In this document: positions 18,100-28,184 of the stretch, in pieces
How positions within the stretch are numbered: position 1 is the first letter of the stretch
Layout of the letters: every line of letters begins with the position of its first letter
Origin: an uncultured Mycoplasmatota bacterium
Lineage (GTDB): Bacteria; Bacillota_I; Bacilli_A; RF39; UBA660
Length of the DNA stretch: 64,000 nt
Assembly (NCBI GenBank): GCA_900553855.1
Contig: USFG01000003.1
Span: 12,630-76,629 of the forward strand
Direction: 5' to 3'
The notes under the pieces: model-generated
Database searches by the model: none
Told to the model about the DNA's origin: nothing
Seen by the model: the letters and a program-made list of their open reading frames with translations, nothing else
Translations under genes and position numbers: made by a program

Positions 18100-18930
18100 T
18101 TTATTGGTATCTTCAATATAACTAATTGACTTACTAACCATAATAGTGTTATCTAATTCATTATTAGTAAAATCATAAGTTTTAGGCATTGAAATCATTA
18201 TAAATAATAGTGTTTTTTCATAATCTAATAATTCAAAGTGTTTAAAGTATTCGTTTAAAAATAAACTAAAATCATATTTATTATAATCGTTTTTATATAA
18301 ATTGATTAAATCAATAACTGGACTATCTACTAAAAATTTATCCCAGCTTATAAATTTGTTATTAATAAAATGATCAATACTTAAATTATTATGATTATAT
18401 ACTACTCTAATTTTATCTAAATCATTAATCATTTTATACCATTTTTCTAATTCTCTTTTTAAAAAACTAATATTTGCTTTTATTAAGGAAGAATTAATAA
18501 TTAAGATATATAATGAAGGTCTAATATACTCTTCACTTAAAGCTTTATCGAATAGATTATTATAATAGCTTTCTAAATAATTTATATTAGAACTTATATT
18601 TTCATATATTTCTTTAAAGTTATCTATTTTAACATTTTTAAAATAGCTTGTCTTATAGTGAAGTTCAGCAAGAGTTTTAGCTTCATCAATCATTTTTTGA
18701 TTAATAGGAACTTCAACATCATCTAAATATTCATATACATAATTATTATCATATTCATCTATTATTTGAGGATATTTGTTAAAATTACGATTATTTAAAT
18801 AATTATATAAAGATTTAATATCTTTATTTTTTTCTTTTACGACATATTTTCCTTCATTAGTTGTTAAAATATGGCTTTTACCACTTATTGTAATTTTAGT
18901 TGGATTAAATATTTCTCTATAATTCTTCAT
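18073..18930 (-). CDS. ysxE: CotS-family spore coat kinase-like protein (YsxE-like)
   Basis: Kinase-like degenerate catalytic region VYNHNNLSIDHFINNKFISWDKFLVDSPVIDL. Lies immediately downstream of, and overlapping, spoVID, as in B. subtilis spoVID-ysxE. Confidence 0.6.
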   Translation of the reverse strand: MKNYREIFNPTKITISGKSHILTTNEGKYVVKEKNKDIKSLYNYLNNRNFNKYPQIIDEYDNNYVYEYLDDVEVPINQKMIDEAKTLAELHYKTSYFKNVKIDNFKEIYENISSNINYLESYYNNLFDKALSEEYIRPSLYILIINSSLIKANISFLKRELEKWYKMINDLDKIRVVYNHNNLSIDHFINNKFISWDKFLVDSPVIDLINLYKNDYNKYDFSLFLNEYFKHFELLDYEKTLLFIMISMPKTYDFTNNELDNTIMVSKSISYIEDTNKLIRPYYSK

Positions 18931-19627
18931 TTGGAATTATTAGTTTCATATTTAATTCTAAATTCTCAAATGAATTATATTCTTTTAAGGTATTAACACT
19001 TATGTTATATTTTTTGGTTATGCTTTCGATTGAATCACTTATTCCGACAGTGTGAATGTGATATAAAACATACTCGTCTTCTTCATTAATTGAATTAATT
19101 AACATATTCTCATCTATTTTATTATCTTCTTTTGGTTCTTTAATTTCTTTTTCTTTTTTAGGAGTCAATTCATCACTTGCTACTAGCATAGGTATATCAT
19201 TTTTATATTCTTGTCTATCTTCTCTTAAATCGATTACGTCTACGTCTTCTTTCTTTTGTTCATTTAAGAAATCATCTAATTTTTCAGCACTTTCAAATAC
19301 TTTAATCCCTTCTTCTGCTGTTACAATATATTCAATATGAACACTTAATTCATCATAATTGTTAAAATTATAATTAAAATCATTTATCTCTAACTTAATA
19401 GTATCTAAATTAATGTTAGATTTTAATTCATGTTTAAAAGGTATTTTGAAACTAAAATCTTCCTTATTAATACTTATTTCATGTAATCTATAACTTCCAG
19501 AAACTATAAATTCACCAACTAAATTACTTCCTTCAATTTTAGAGTCTTGTTCAATTGAAATTGATGTTATTTCATATATTTTTGATTTAAATAAAAATTC
19601 TTTATCCAAAGTAAATACTTCGTTCAT
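18917..19627 (-). CDS. spoVID: Stage VI sporulation protein D-like (SpoVID N-domain plus C-terminal LysM)
   Basis: The N-terminus (FTLDKEFLFKSKIYEITSISIEQDSKIEG...GEFIVSGSY...FKIPF...LEINDFNY...) follows the SpoVID pattern, then an acidic middle region and a C-terminal LysM (YHIHTVGISDSIESITKKYNISVNTLKEYN). The start was chosen at ATG 19627 behind AAAGGAAAA. The ORF track extends to a TTG at 19651. Confidence 0.65.
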   Translation of the reverse strand: MNEVFTLDKEFLFKSKIYEITSISIEQDSKIEGSNLVGEFIVSGSYRLHEISINKEDFSFKIPFKHELKSNINLDTIKLEINDFNYNFNNYDELSVHIEYIVTAEEGIKVFESAEKLDDFLNEQKKEDVDVIDLREDRQEYKNDIPMLVASDELTPKKEKEIKEPKEDNKIDENMLINSINEEDEYVLYHIHTVGISDSIESITKKYNISVNTLKEYNSFENLELNMKLIIPNEEL

Positions 19628-19717
19628 ATAATCATTTTCCTTTCTTTTCAAAATAATTATATGAATAGGAAAAAAAGATATTCGCGAATATTCTTAAATA
19701 TCTTTATATTTTTTACG

Positions 19718-21049
19718 CTAATTAGGATAATAAATTGCTCTTTTACCATAAAGATTATATATTTTTTCTAATTGTTTTCGATTATAACTTTCTATCTTAC
19801 CTGTATAAGAATCGGATACAAAAACTTTGTTTTTATTATATCCAATTACAACGACACTATGCAATTTACATATCCAATTAATTTTTTCACCCGTTGGTTT
19901 ATAAATCCAGTTTGTACATATATCGGTATTTTGCATATTAACTGATGCCCAAATTTGGACAGGAATTCCTTTTTTTACTATTTCTAATACAGCTTCTAAA
20001 GAACGTCCTGTATAATCAACAATACCTGATTTAAATTTATTAGCTACTTCTATTATTGGCTTTTGATAGACACCATAACCGTGTTCATCAGTTGGATCTC
20101 CGACAAATTCAATTTCAGGATTACCACCATAATAAATACCATCTTCATAATGAGGTCCATCGCCCTTTTTTAAAGTATTAACTATTTGACTCATACTAAC
20201 ATTAATTTTATAAAATCTAAGCAAGTTATATAAGGCAGAACTTTCACATCCATTAGGATAATCTGGATATTGATAATAAGTAGGAAAATTATCTATTTTA
20301 TATGTAATGTCTTTTTCAGTAATTGTTATATTTCGGTATTTAGTAGTTTTATTTCCAAGTTTATCTTCTGCATAATATTTTATTTTATAATTTCCCGGAA
20401 CATCATATTTGACACTGCTATCATCAACTGTAAAATTAACCTCACCAAATCTCTTATCAACTGCTTTAACATTAGAATATAAATTATATTTATTTCCAGC
20501 CTCTAATGTAATATTTTTTAATCCGCTAAATACGGGTGATTCTGTATCCTCTATAATGGTTAATTTAGTATTCCCTTCAAATTTATTATTATAATTATCA
20601 TATATTTTAATTAGTACTTCTTGAGTTCCTAACTCTTTTTTTAGCAATAACTCATCATATTTATACAAAGACAAATCAATATCATTGACTATAAAATCTT
20701 TAATAGAGGGTAATTCTTCATCAATGTACATTGTAACTTCTTTTAACTCTATTTTATCTATAACGTTATCATATATAATTAATTTTGATATGTACTCATT
20801 ATTATCAACTATAATTTTAATTTCATAATTACCTATTTCTTTAATATTTTCTAAGTCTTGATCGCATTTAACATTTTTAATATCTTCTTTTAGAAAATCA
20901 TTAATTGTAATTGTTTCTCCATAAGGTTTTATAACTTCTTTTATTATTAATTTATCAATATTGATTCTTTTAACAATATTTAATAATAAAATGGATAGAC
21001 TTATACAAAATAAAACTATAATTATTAATATCCAACTTTTTTTCTTCAT
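19718..21049 (-). CDS. Secreted/anchored C39-like (YvpB-type) cysteine peptidase with Ig-like domain
   Basis: N-terminal TM, an Ig-like segment (ESPVFSGLKNITLEAGNKY...GNYKIKYYAEDKLGNKTT), and a C-terminal papain-like domain with YPNGCESSALYNLL ... HSVVVIGY ... VSDSY. Confidence 0.75.
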   Translation of the reverse strand: MKKKSWILIIIVLFCISLSILLLNIVKRINIDKLIIKEVIKPYGETITINDFLKEDIKNVKCDQDLENIKEIGNYEIKIIVDNNEYISKLIIYDNVIDKIELKEVTMYIDEELPSIKDFIVNDIDLSLYKYDELLLKKELGTQEVLIKIYDNYNNKFEGNTKLTIIEDTESPVFSGLKNITLEAGNKYNLYSNVKAVDKRFGEVNFTVDDSSVKYDVPGNYKIKYYAEDKLGNKTTKYRNITITEKDITYKIDNFPTYYQYPDYPNGCESSALYNLLRFYKINVSMSQIVNTLKKGDGPHYEDGIYYGGNPEIEFVGDPTDEHGYGVYQKPIIEVANKFKSGIVDYTGRSLEAVLEIVKKGIPVQIWASVNMQNTDICTNWIYKPTGEKINWICKLHSVVVIGYNKNKVFVSDSYTGKIESYNRKQLEKIYNLYGKRAIYYPN

Positions 21050-21128
21050 TCTATTCCTCTATCTTTATCTTATAACAATAATATATCACGTTTTTTGAAC
21101 GACTTTTATAAATTATGTATTATTTTGA

Positions 21129-21920
21129 CTATTTAAATCTTTCCCTATAACCACATCTTTGGCATAAAGGACTTACTAATTCATGTCTATTAAACCCATT
21201 TAATATTTCTTGATATTTACTAGAATTAATAATTTCATTTATGTCTTGCTTAAATACATTTCCTAATTTATTATCACCATTATTATCTAAGCAACAACTA
21301 ACAACATCTCCATTAACAAGGATTCCAATTTGATCTTTTAAGGCTTTACATGTTCCTTTAGTGCTAATAACAGGTATGTTCAAACTTGGCCAATCAAACT
21401 TTTTATCAACGCTTAAAAATGTATGATTATTTAGGTTATTTCTTGAATTTTTTCTATTAATTTTAACATTATAATGTTTATCTAAAAAATCAAATATTTC
21501 TTTATTATCTAAATCATTCCATAACCTAAAATTAATATATGTATTCTTGATATTATCACATAACTTAACTATATCTTTTATTTCTTCTAAAGAATTAAAA
21601 CTATGTAATGAGATATTTATTTGTCTTATTTTATTATTATTCATAATATCTAATTTGTCTTTTAATAATCTTCCATTAGTAGTTATATTTATATTTAAAT
21701 TATTCTTATTTGCTATTTTAATTATTTCATCTAGATTAGGATGCATTAATGGTTCACCTTTAATATGTAAATAGATGTGATTGGTGTAAATCTTGATTTT
21801 ATTAATTATTGTAGTAAAATTCTCAATATTCATAAATTCTTTTTCTCTTTTGATTTGAGGACAAAATGGGCAATTTAAATTACATACATTGGTTATTTCA
21901 ATATATATTCTTTTATACAT
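21129..21920 (-). CDS. Radical SAM / SPASM-domain protein
   Basis: CNLNCPFC (CxxxCxxC) at residues 13-20, GEPLMHP, and a C-terminal Cys cluster C..CC...C..C (SCCLDNNGD...CQRCGY). Confidence 0.85.
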   Translation of the reverse strand: MYKRIYIEITNVCNLNCPFCPQIKREKEFMNIENFTTIINKIKIYTNHIYLHIKGEPLMHPNLDEIIKIANKNNLNINITTNGRLLKDKLDIMNNNKIRQINISLHSFNSLEEIKDIVKLCDNIKNTYINFRLWNDLDNKEIFDFLDKHYNVKINRKNSRNNLNNHTFLSVDKKFDWPSLNIPVISTKGTCKALKDQIGILVNGDVVSCCLDNNGDNKLGNVFKQDINEIINSSKYQEILNGFNRHELVSPLCQRCGYRERFK

Positions 21921-21935
21921 ATTATGTTTTCCTCT

Positions 21936-23843
21936 TTATCTATTTTTCTTATGTTCTTCAATTTCATATGAATCACCACTACTCATATACGTATTAAAAT
22001 CATCATTTCCAAGATGTCTATATATGCTTGATGGCATTTCAATTCCCTTATTATATTTCTTAGAATTAATTAACATTATTCCAATACCTTGTATTTTTGC
22101 TGTTTCAACGTCTTTAGCAGTAATTTGATCAACACAATATAACGCGATTCTTTTTAATTTAGGTATTCTAGAATCTATATCAGTTTGCGTACTTCCTTGT
22201 TCTAATATTAATACCTCATTATATGTTCTTTTATTATAAAGTAATTCATCAGGCATCATAAGTTGTTCTACTCTATCTGTTGCTTTTTCGGTAAAACTAA
22301 ATGGCTGATATAATGTATAAGAATCTTCTGGAAATATATGAACAATTTGTTCCGGATTTAAATCATTAGCATCATAAACATAAGTATTAGAGTTTTTTAA
22401 ACTACCAAACACAGATATACATCCATTCCCTACTAAAGAATAAGAATGTCCTACCGGCAAACTATCTTCAAATCTAATTCCTGATTTAACTATAGCAAAA
22501 AAAGGATTATCATTGATATTATAAACATCAACACCATATTCATTAGATAGTTCTTCGTCTTTAAATTTAACTAACTCATCTTTAACCATAGCATAATCTT
22601 TTAAAGCTTCTCTAACTTTCTTTCTCGCAAAGGTCATATCATCATAGAAAATTTCCATCATATTATATTGTTTTAACTCATTATGTAACTCGATTTTTTC
22701 TTGTGAAGATAACATATCTATATTTACTATTTGTTGATATAAATAAAGTCTATCTTCAGGAATATCTATATTTCCAGCATAATAAAACTCTAATAATTCT
22801 CTTAAATCATACATTACATTATAGTAGTTTTCTTCAAAGTGATAATCTATAATGTAATCTGATTTTTTCTCATCTAGTGATTTTGTTATTAAATTAATTG
22901 CTTCAGCAAATTCACCATTAAATATAAGCTCTCTAAGATTAGTATATTCATTAGGAAATATTTGGATTTGTCTAATTAAATTTCTAAAAATATCACGATA
23001 TTCATTAGAACTTGAATCTAGGTTGCTTAATTTATTTATCATATTAAAAATATTTTGGTATGTTTTAGGATAATCAGTATTTAAAATAAACTCTTCTTCT
23101 TTTGTTTTAGCATAATTATTTAAATTGGTTGGATCTCCACAATAATTAGCATCATTAATTAAGAATCTATACTCATAAACATTTAACTCATTCCATAATT
23201 TTTTTGCAACATCCATATTTAATAAATCAGATGATAAATAAAAAACTTCTCCACTAGAATTAACATATGAATATCCTTTTCTTTTAGTCATATCTTCAAA
23301 TGAAAGAGATTTACCAGCAGCTACTAAACCACCAACTGGTATATTATGTGATAATAAATCAATATTATATTTTTCTAATATTTTTTTACCAAGTATTTTA
23401 GGATTTCTCTTTAACATTTCATATATTAAATCATTTGGATAATCATACTTATCAATAAATTTTAATCGATAATCTTTATTAAAATAACTAATTAACTGAC
23501 CTGTTAAATTTATATCTTTATTAAGTTCTAGGCATCTATTTACTATTAAATCGTATGTTTTATTATTTAGATTCTTTAACGATGCATAGTATTTTGAAAT
23601 ATCAGTGCTTAAAAATAAATCTAAAAATTTTTGGTTATTAAATAAAAAATCTACATAATTGGAATAATTTAAAATGTATGTAATTCTATCTTCTATATAA
23701 CTATTCTTTTTTAAAAGTTCAACACCTTCATCATCTAATAAGTTAAGAATTTTTCCATTATAATCATTATCTAAAAAATCCAAAAAATCTTGCTTATTTG
23801 AATTAATTATTTTAATTTTTGTAACACTTTTCATATTTATCAC
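21936..23843 (-). CDS. Hypothetical 635-aa cytoplasmic protein
   Basis: Long intact ORF with no TM segment, no signal peptide and no motif I can recognise. It has its own upstream intergenic region after the T4SS-locus terminator. Confidence 0.55.
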   Translation of the reverse strand: MINMKSVTKIKIINSNKQDFLDFLDNDYNGKILNLLDDEGVELLKKNSYIEDRITYILNYSNYVDFLFNNQKFLDLFLSTDISKYYASLKNLNNKTYDLIVNRCLELNKDINLTGQLISYFNKDYRLKFIDKYDYPNDLIYEMLKRNPKILGKKILEKYNIDLLSHNIPVGGLVAAGKSLSFEDMTKRKGYSYVNSSGEVFYLSSDLLNMDVAKKLWNELNVYEYRFLINDANYCGDPTNLNNYAKTKEEEFILNTDYPKTYQNIFNMINKLSNLDSSSNEYRDIFRNLIRQIQIFPNEYTNLRELIFNGEFAEAINLITKSLDEKKSDYIIDYHFEENYYNVMYDLRELLEFYYAGNIDIPEDRLYLYQQIVNIDMLSSQEKIELHNELKQYNMMEIFYDDMTFARKKVREALKDYAMVKDELVKFKDEELSNEYGVDVYNINDNPFFAIVKSGIRFEDSLPVGHSYSLVGNGCISVFGSLKNSNTYVYDANDLNPEQIVHIFPEDSYTLYQPFSFTEKATDRVEQLMMPDELLYNKRTYNEVLILEQGSTQTDIDSRIPKLKRIALYCVDQITAKDVETAKIQGIGIMLINSKKYNKGIEMPSSIYRHLGNDDFNTYMSSGDSYEIEEHKKNR

Positions 23844-23904
23844 TACCCTATGGTAAGTATATCATATAATAAATGTTTGTAGCAATTTTTTAAGATTTTT
23901 AGCA

Positions 23905-23930
23905 AAATAAAAACCAGATAACCTATCTGG
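23905..23930 (-). terminator. Rho-independent terminator closing the T4SS-like locus
   Basis: Stem CCAGATA/TATCTGG (23914-23920 / 23924-23930) with a 3-nt loop and a T-run on the minus strand. Lies 3 nt after the stop of 23934..24491. Confidence 0.5.
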
Positions 23931-23933
23931 AAT

Positions 23934-24491
23934 TTATGCAGCACTAAATAGAATTCTTGTTTCAAAGTTTTTATTTGCTTTAGTATTAGTGGTGTAATAA
24001 TAGATTACATAGGTGTGAACACTATTTTGAGATTCGGTACTAAAGAAACCATTACCTAAATCCATTACACTTTGACCTTCTTGTTTATTTAAATAGTATT
24101 TTGTTTTGGCATCAGCAAATTCTGTTTTAACACCGTTTTCATCGGTTTTACCACCTAGGATAAAATATACTTCATTATCTTCATATTCGTTATAGTTTAC
24201 TAGTAGAGATAACTTATAATTAATAATATCGGTTGCACTGTTATTTGTTCCTGTTAATGAAAATGTTTTAGAACCAATAAGTTCTCCTTGTTTTTCATAA
24301 TCGCTTGATTTAAATACTGGATTATTGCCTTGATAAGCAGCAATCATTTTACCATCTTTAACTTCAATAACGTCTAATTGGACACTTCCATCTAAACCAC
24401 TAGTCATATATGAAAAGCTTGTTCCTATTGTAACAACGACAATGATTGCAACTAACATTATACCTAATAAGGTTTTATTCATTTTATTCAT
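23934..24491 (-). CDS. TasA/camelysin-like (SipW-type signal) secreted protein, last gene of the T4SS-like operon
   Basis: Start at ATG 24491 behind a GAAGGTGA SD; the track's longer ORF start is unsupported. The N-terminus is MNKMNKTLLGIMLVAIIVVVTIGTSFSYMTSG, followed by a beta-rich region (FSLTGTNNS, YKLSLLVN). Confidence 0.6.
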   Translation of the reverse strand: MNKMNKTLLGIMLVAIIVVVTIGTSFSYMTSGLDGSVQLDVIEVKDGKMIAAYQGNNPVFKSSDYEKQGELIGSKTFSLTGTNNSATDIINYKLSLLVNYNEYEDNEVYFILGGKTDENGVKTEFADAKTKYYLNKQEGQSVMDLGNGFFSTESQNSVHTYVIYYYTTNTKANKNFETRILFSAA

Positions 24492-24545
24492 TTTATCACC
24501 TTCTATATTAATATTACTAAATTTAATAGAAAACTTCAATTATTT

Positions 24546-26810
24546 TTATTCACTAAAGAAATCGTCAAAGTATTCATCATCACTTGGATCGTTAACAACT
24601 TTACTATCTTTATCAACGACAATCTTAGGTTCATCTTTAACATTGTTCTTGGAATTATCACTTTGTTTAAAGAAATCATCGAATTTTTCAACCATAGTTG
24701 AATCTAGTTTATCGTAATCTGTAATTTTATTTGCTTGATTATTTTGTTTCTTTTGCTCTTCTTGTTCTTCTTTTTCTAATTCAGCAATTTTAGCATCGAT
24801 CTTTTTTAATATGTTGTCAACATCAAAATCGGGCTTAGAATTTATATTTTGTTCATTAGCACTTTTTTGAATCATTGGCAAATCTAAGAAGTCAGTTTTA
24901 TCTAAATCTTTTTTATCAGTTGGTTTTTGGTTTAACAAACTATTAAAGTCAAATGGAACACTATTTCCGCCAAATGGAGTATTATTACCAGATGGTTTAT
25001 TTAATCCTTCAAAAATATTACCAATTGGTTTTCCACCACCAAAACCTGCTCCATTCATTCCCATTCCACCATTATTTACGGATTCTAGAAACTTACTTTG
25101 CTTTTGATCTTGAACATATTTTTTAAAATCAAATATTTCAACAGGCGTTTGTTTTCTTTCAATAAATGGGGATTCTTCATCACTATGTCCCCAATTAATT
25201 TCATAACTTGGTGTTAATTTTGTTTTGTAGGGATTCATTCTTTGTCTTAAAATAACAACTTGGAATTTTTTTAGTTTTTGTAAATCACTTGGTGTTAATA
25301 ATGGACGTGATGCGGTTTTTTCTTTTTCTTTTGATTTAATTTCACCACATAATTTACTTATTTCATCTAAATCAGCTAAATCACTACTATTAATAAATAT
25401 TTTATTACCACAGTTACCTTTAATTGTATCGGCTTGTTCTTTGCCATATACATCATTTAACTGAGAAAATCCTTGAATAATAAAGGTAAATCTTATATTT
25501 CTTGAACGAGCTGCTGAAACCATTGCTGTAACATCTTTAAGTGGTGGCATGTTGGCAAACTCATCTAAAATAAAGTTGGTTCTTATTGGTAATTTTCCTT
25601 TTGGTGATTTGTGAGCAACATCAACTAAAACTTCATAAGCTTGTTTTAAGAAAATCGTTGCTAGTGGATGGTATGTTGTTTTTTCATCATGTATTACGAC
25701 GAATAAAGCTGTCTTTTCAGTACCTATTTTATGCATATCAAAATCACTATAACTAAGCATTTGACTTAAGTTTTTTTGTGTTGTAAATTTTTCCATTTTT
25801 TCACTAAATACGGATAACACACTGGTTCTTGTTTCAGTTGGACCAGTAATTGTTGATTTAGCAAAGTTATATGGTGTTGAATCTTTACCCTTTAAATTAA
25901 AGTATTCTGTCGAAAAGTTACTGTTCATTCCCATTTTTTCTTCACCGACAGCGGCCATATAGTTTATTGAATTAATATTAATATATTTTTCTTCAGCATC
26001 TTGAAATAAACCAAGTGCTAAACCATTGAAGTATCCCATACTAGCATTTCCCCAGAATGGATCATTTGCTTTAGGATCATTAACCATATTAAATGAAACG
26101 TCTTTTAATAACTCAATTGCTTTATCTTCGTTTCCTTGTTTATATAGATCATAAGGTATTGCCAAGGGATTCCAAGCATTTCCCATTTGTGGATCACGGA
26201 AATTTAATGTAATAATATTGTAACCTTTACTTCTTAAGAAATTAGCATGATCTCTATATAATTCACCTTTGGGGTCAGTAATAATCATTGATTCACCTTT
26301 ACGGCCTAAGCTTTCAATCATCGGCTCAACTACACATTGACTCTTACCGTTACCAGTTGATCCAATAACTAAGGTATGATATGAACCGTTATCTACCCAC
26401 ATAGCCTTGCCGTCATTAACCATAGGAACACCACCATATTCACTAGTTAATTCACTAATAACAACTTTTTTGACATCATCAGCATTTTTCATTTCTTTAT
26501 CAGTGGTGAATCTGGTATAACCTTTTTCCTCTTCTTTTTCACCTATTTTTAAACCTATTCCTCTACCTTTTTCATGGTCGAATATATATGAAGATATACT
26601 TAAAAATATTGATACTAAAACAGCAATAAACACAAATAAGGTAGCTGGTAAATAAGGTGGAAATAATCCAGCAAAAAAATTCAATCCATATAATTTTCCC
26701 TCGTTTAACAATGATGATAAGTTAACTACTGCTAATGAACATAAAATTAATAAAAATATACTATATATTACAAACATTATTAAATCTTTAGATGATACTC
26801 TAAATTTCAT
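24546..26810 (-). CDS. virD4: Type IV coupling protein (VirD4/TraG family)
   Basis: N-terminal TM helices, Walker A VIGSTGNGKSQ, ITDPKGELY, NAWNPL and Walker B-like FILDEFANMP. A ~200-aa low-complexity C-terminal tail ends in DDEYFDDFFSE. Confidence 0.9.
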   Translation of the reverse strand: MKFRVSSKDLIMFVIYSIFLLILCSLAVVNLSSLLNEGKLYGLNFFAGLFPPYLPATLFVFIAVLVSIFLSISSYIFDHEKGRGIGLKIGEKEEEKGYTRFTTDKEMKNADDVKKVVISELTSEYGGVPMVNDGKAMWVDNGSYHTLVIGSTGNGKSQCVVEPMIESLGRKGESMIITDPKGELYRDHANFLRSKGYNIITLNFRDPQMGNAWNPLAIPYDLYKQGNEDKAIELLKDVSFNMVNDPKANDPFWGNASMGYFNGLALGLFQDAEEKYININSINYMAAVGEEKMGMNSNFSTEYFNLKGKDSTPYNFAKSTITGPTETRTSVLSVFSEKMEKFTTQKNLSQMLSYSDFDMHKIGTEKTALFVVIHDEKTTYHPLATIFLKQAYEVLVDVAHKSPKGKLPIRTNFILDEFANMPPLKDVTAMVSAARSRNIRFTFIIQGFSQLNDVYGKEQADTIKGNCGNKIFINSSDLADLDEISKLCGEIKSKEKEKTASRPLLTPSDLQKLKKFQVVILRQRMNPYKTKLTPSYEINWGHSDEESPFIERKQTPVEIFDFKKYVQDQKQSKFLESVNNGGMGMNGAGFGGGKPIGNIFEGLNKPSGNNTPFGGNSVPFDFNSLLNQKPTDKKDLDKTDFLDLPMIQKSANEQNINSKPDFDVDNILKKIDAKIAELEKEEQEEQKKQNNQANKITDYDKLDSTMVEKFDDFFKQSDNSKNNVKDEPKIVVDKDSKVVNDPSDDEYFDDFFSE

Positions 26811-26859
26811 GTTAATCCCTCTTCTCTTCTTTAAATTATATAATATTATTTATTATATT

Positions 26860-28173
26860 TCAATTCTTACAATTAGCAGAATAGTAAGAACTCATATCTA
26901 TAACAGTATAGCTCTTTAATTCTTGATATGTATACTTTTTATAATCAAGTCCACTAGCATCTATATAGGCTACGGTAACATTTTCACCAGTATTTTGAAC
27001 TATAATGTATGCTTTATCTTCATTAATTACTAGATTTCCTGGATTTCCATATGCTAAATCAATTATATTTGATCTATCATTGTAATCACTAATATTAGTT
27101 ATAGGATTATTTATATTAGCACTATTTATGGCCCAATTTATAAGACTATATTCATTTAAACCAACTATATTACCATCAATTGTTTTTCCCCAATCTGGAT
27201 CAATAACTTTATATTCACTAGAAATATTACTATAAGGAATTTTATAGCCTTTCTTTCCTACTTCATCAATAAGAGTTACTGCTTTTTGAGCTACATTTAT
27301 TCCATTACATTGGTTATTACCAGCATTATTAATCTTATCTGTTAATTCAGTTATTCCATCTTCACCAATTTTTTCACCTAAACTAACTGATAAAACTTCA
27401 TTATCACTACTTGAGAAATCAGTGTCGGATTCTACTGTTCCAGTTTGATAATTAAGATTGCCAAAATTCCAAGTTGTCGTTTCTAAAATATTTTGTTCAT
27501 CACCATCAATTATGTAAAAAAGAAATAGAAAAAGGAATGCAACTCCGAATGCAGCGGCACATATACCTATTATTTTTAATTTTATTATAAGGAGTTTCTT
27601 GTTACCTAAAAATGATGCTGCTCCTCCTTTTTTGCCACCGATTAATCCAGTTATAGCGCTTGATGCATTACCTTTTCCTTTTAATAAACCGCTTATTCCT
27701 TGAGCTTTTGCACCTAATGGACTATTACCTGTAAGCCCATCTTTTGGTGATAAGGGACTCGAGCTGCCAGGACTTGCTGATGATAATGGATTATTATTAG
27801 CTATTCCTTTTAATGGATTTATCATTCTATTTGCTTTATTGGCAGCAAGTTTAGCTAAAGGATTATTACTTTGGTTTAATGCATTTAAGGTATTTTGCCC
27901 TTTAGTAATTAAATTTCTTCCTAAATTTGTACGAGAAAACTTATTATAAGCATTAGCTCCGACAGCAGTTGCAGCAGTAATAGCTGCACTTTTTGCTAGT
28001 TCTTTCATAGGATCAGATGAATACTGATTATTTGGCTTTTTTGCTATATTTGGCTCATTAATATTATTATCTTCTGGTAAATCTTCACTTTCAACTTCAG
28101 TTTGTTCACTTACTTCTTCAGATAAGTTTTCATTTTCTAATTCTTCATCTAAAGTTTCATAATCATTATTCAT
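26860..28173 (-). CDS. Bitopic T4SS-associated protein with [NS]PL repeats
   Basis: Acidic N-terminus and five [NS]PL motifs in a Gly/Ser/Lys-rich linker. One TM helix (IIGICAAAFGVAFLFLFLFYII). The ~200-aa external domain has a QCNGINVAQ motif; a papain-like/NlpC-P60-type fold is only a guess. Confidence 0.5.
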   Translation of the reverse strand: MNNDYETLDEELENENLSEEVSEQTEVESEDLPEDNNINEPNIAKKPNNQYSSDPMKELAKSAAITAATAVGANAYNKFSRTNLGRNLITKGQNTLNALNQSNNPLAKLAANKANRMINPLKGIANNNPLSSASPGSSSPLSPKDGLTGNSPLGAKAQGISGLLKGKGNASSAITGLIGGKKGGAASFLGNKKLLIIKLKIIGICAAAFGVAFLFLFLFYIIDGDEQNILETTTWNFGNLNYQTGTVESDTDFSSSDNEVLSVSLGEKIGEDGITELTDKINNAGNNQCNGINVAQKAVTLIDEVGKKGYKIPYSNISSEYKVIDPDWGKTIDGNIVGLNEYSLINWAINSANINNPITNISDYNDRSNIIDLAYGNPGNLVINEDKAYIIVQNTGENVTVAYIDASGLDYKKYTYQELKSYTVIDMSSYYSANCKN

Positions 28174-28184
28174 ATAATCACTCC

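Noticed and set aside
19676-19695. The palindrome ATATTCGCGAATAT downstream of the C39-peptidase gene, considered as an operator or terminator.
   Set aside because: Only a ~6-bp AT-rich stem with a CGCG loop is possible, which is too weak to call. It is a single occurrence.
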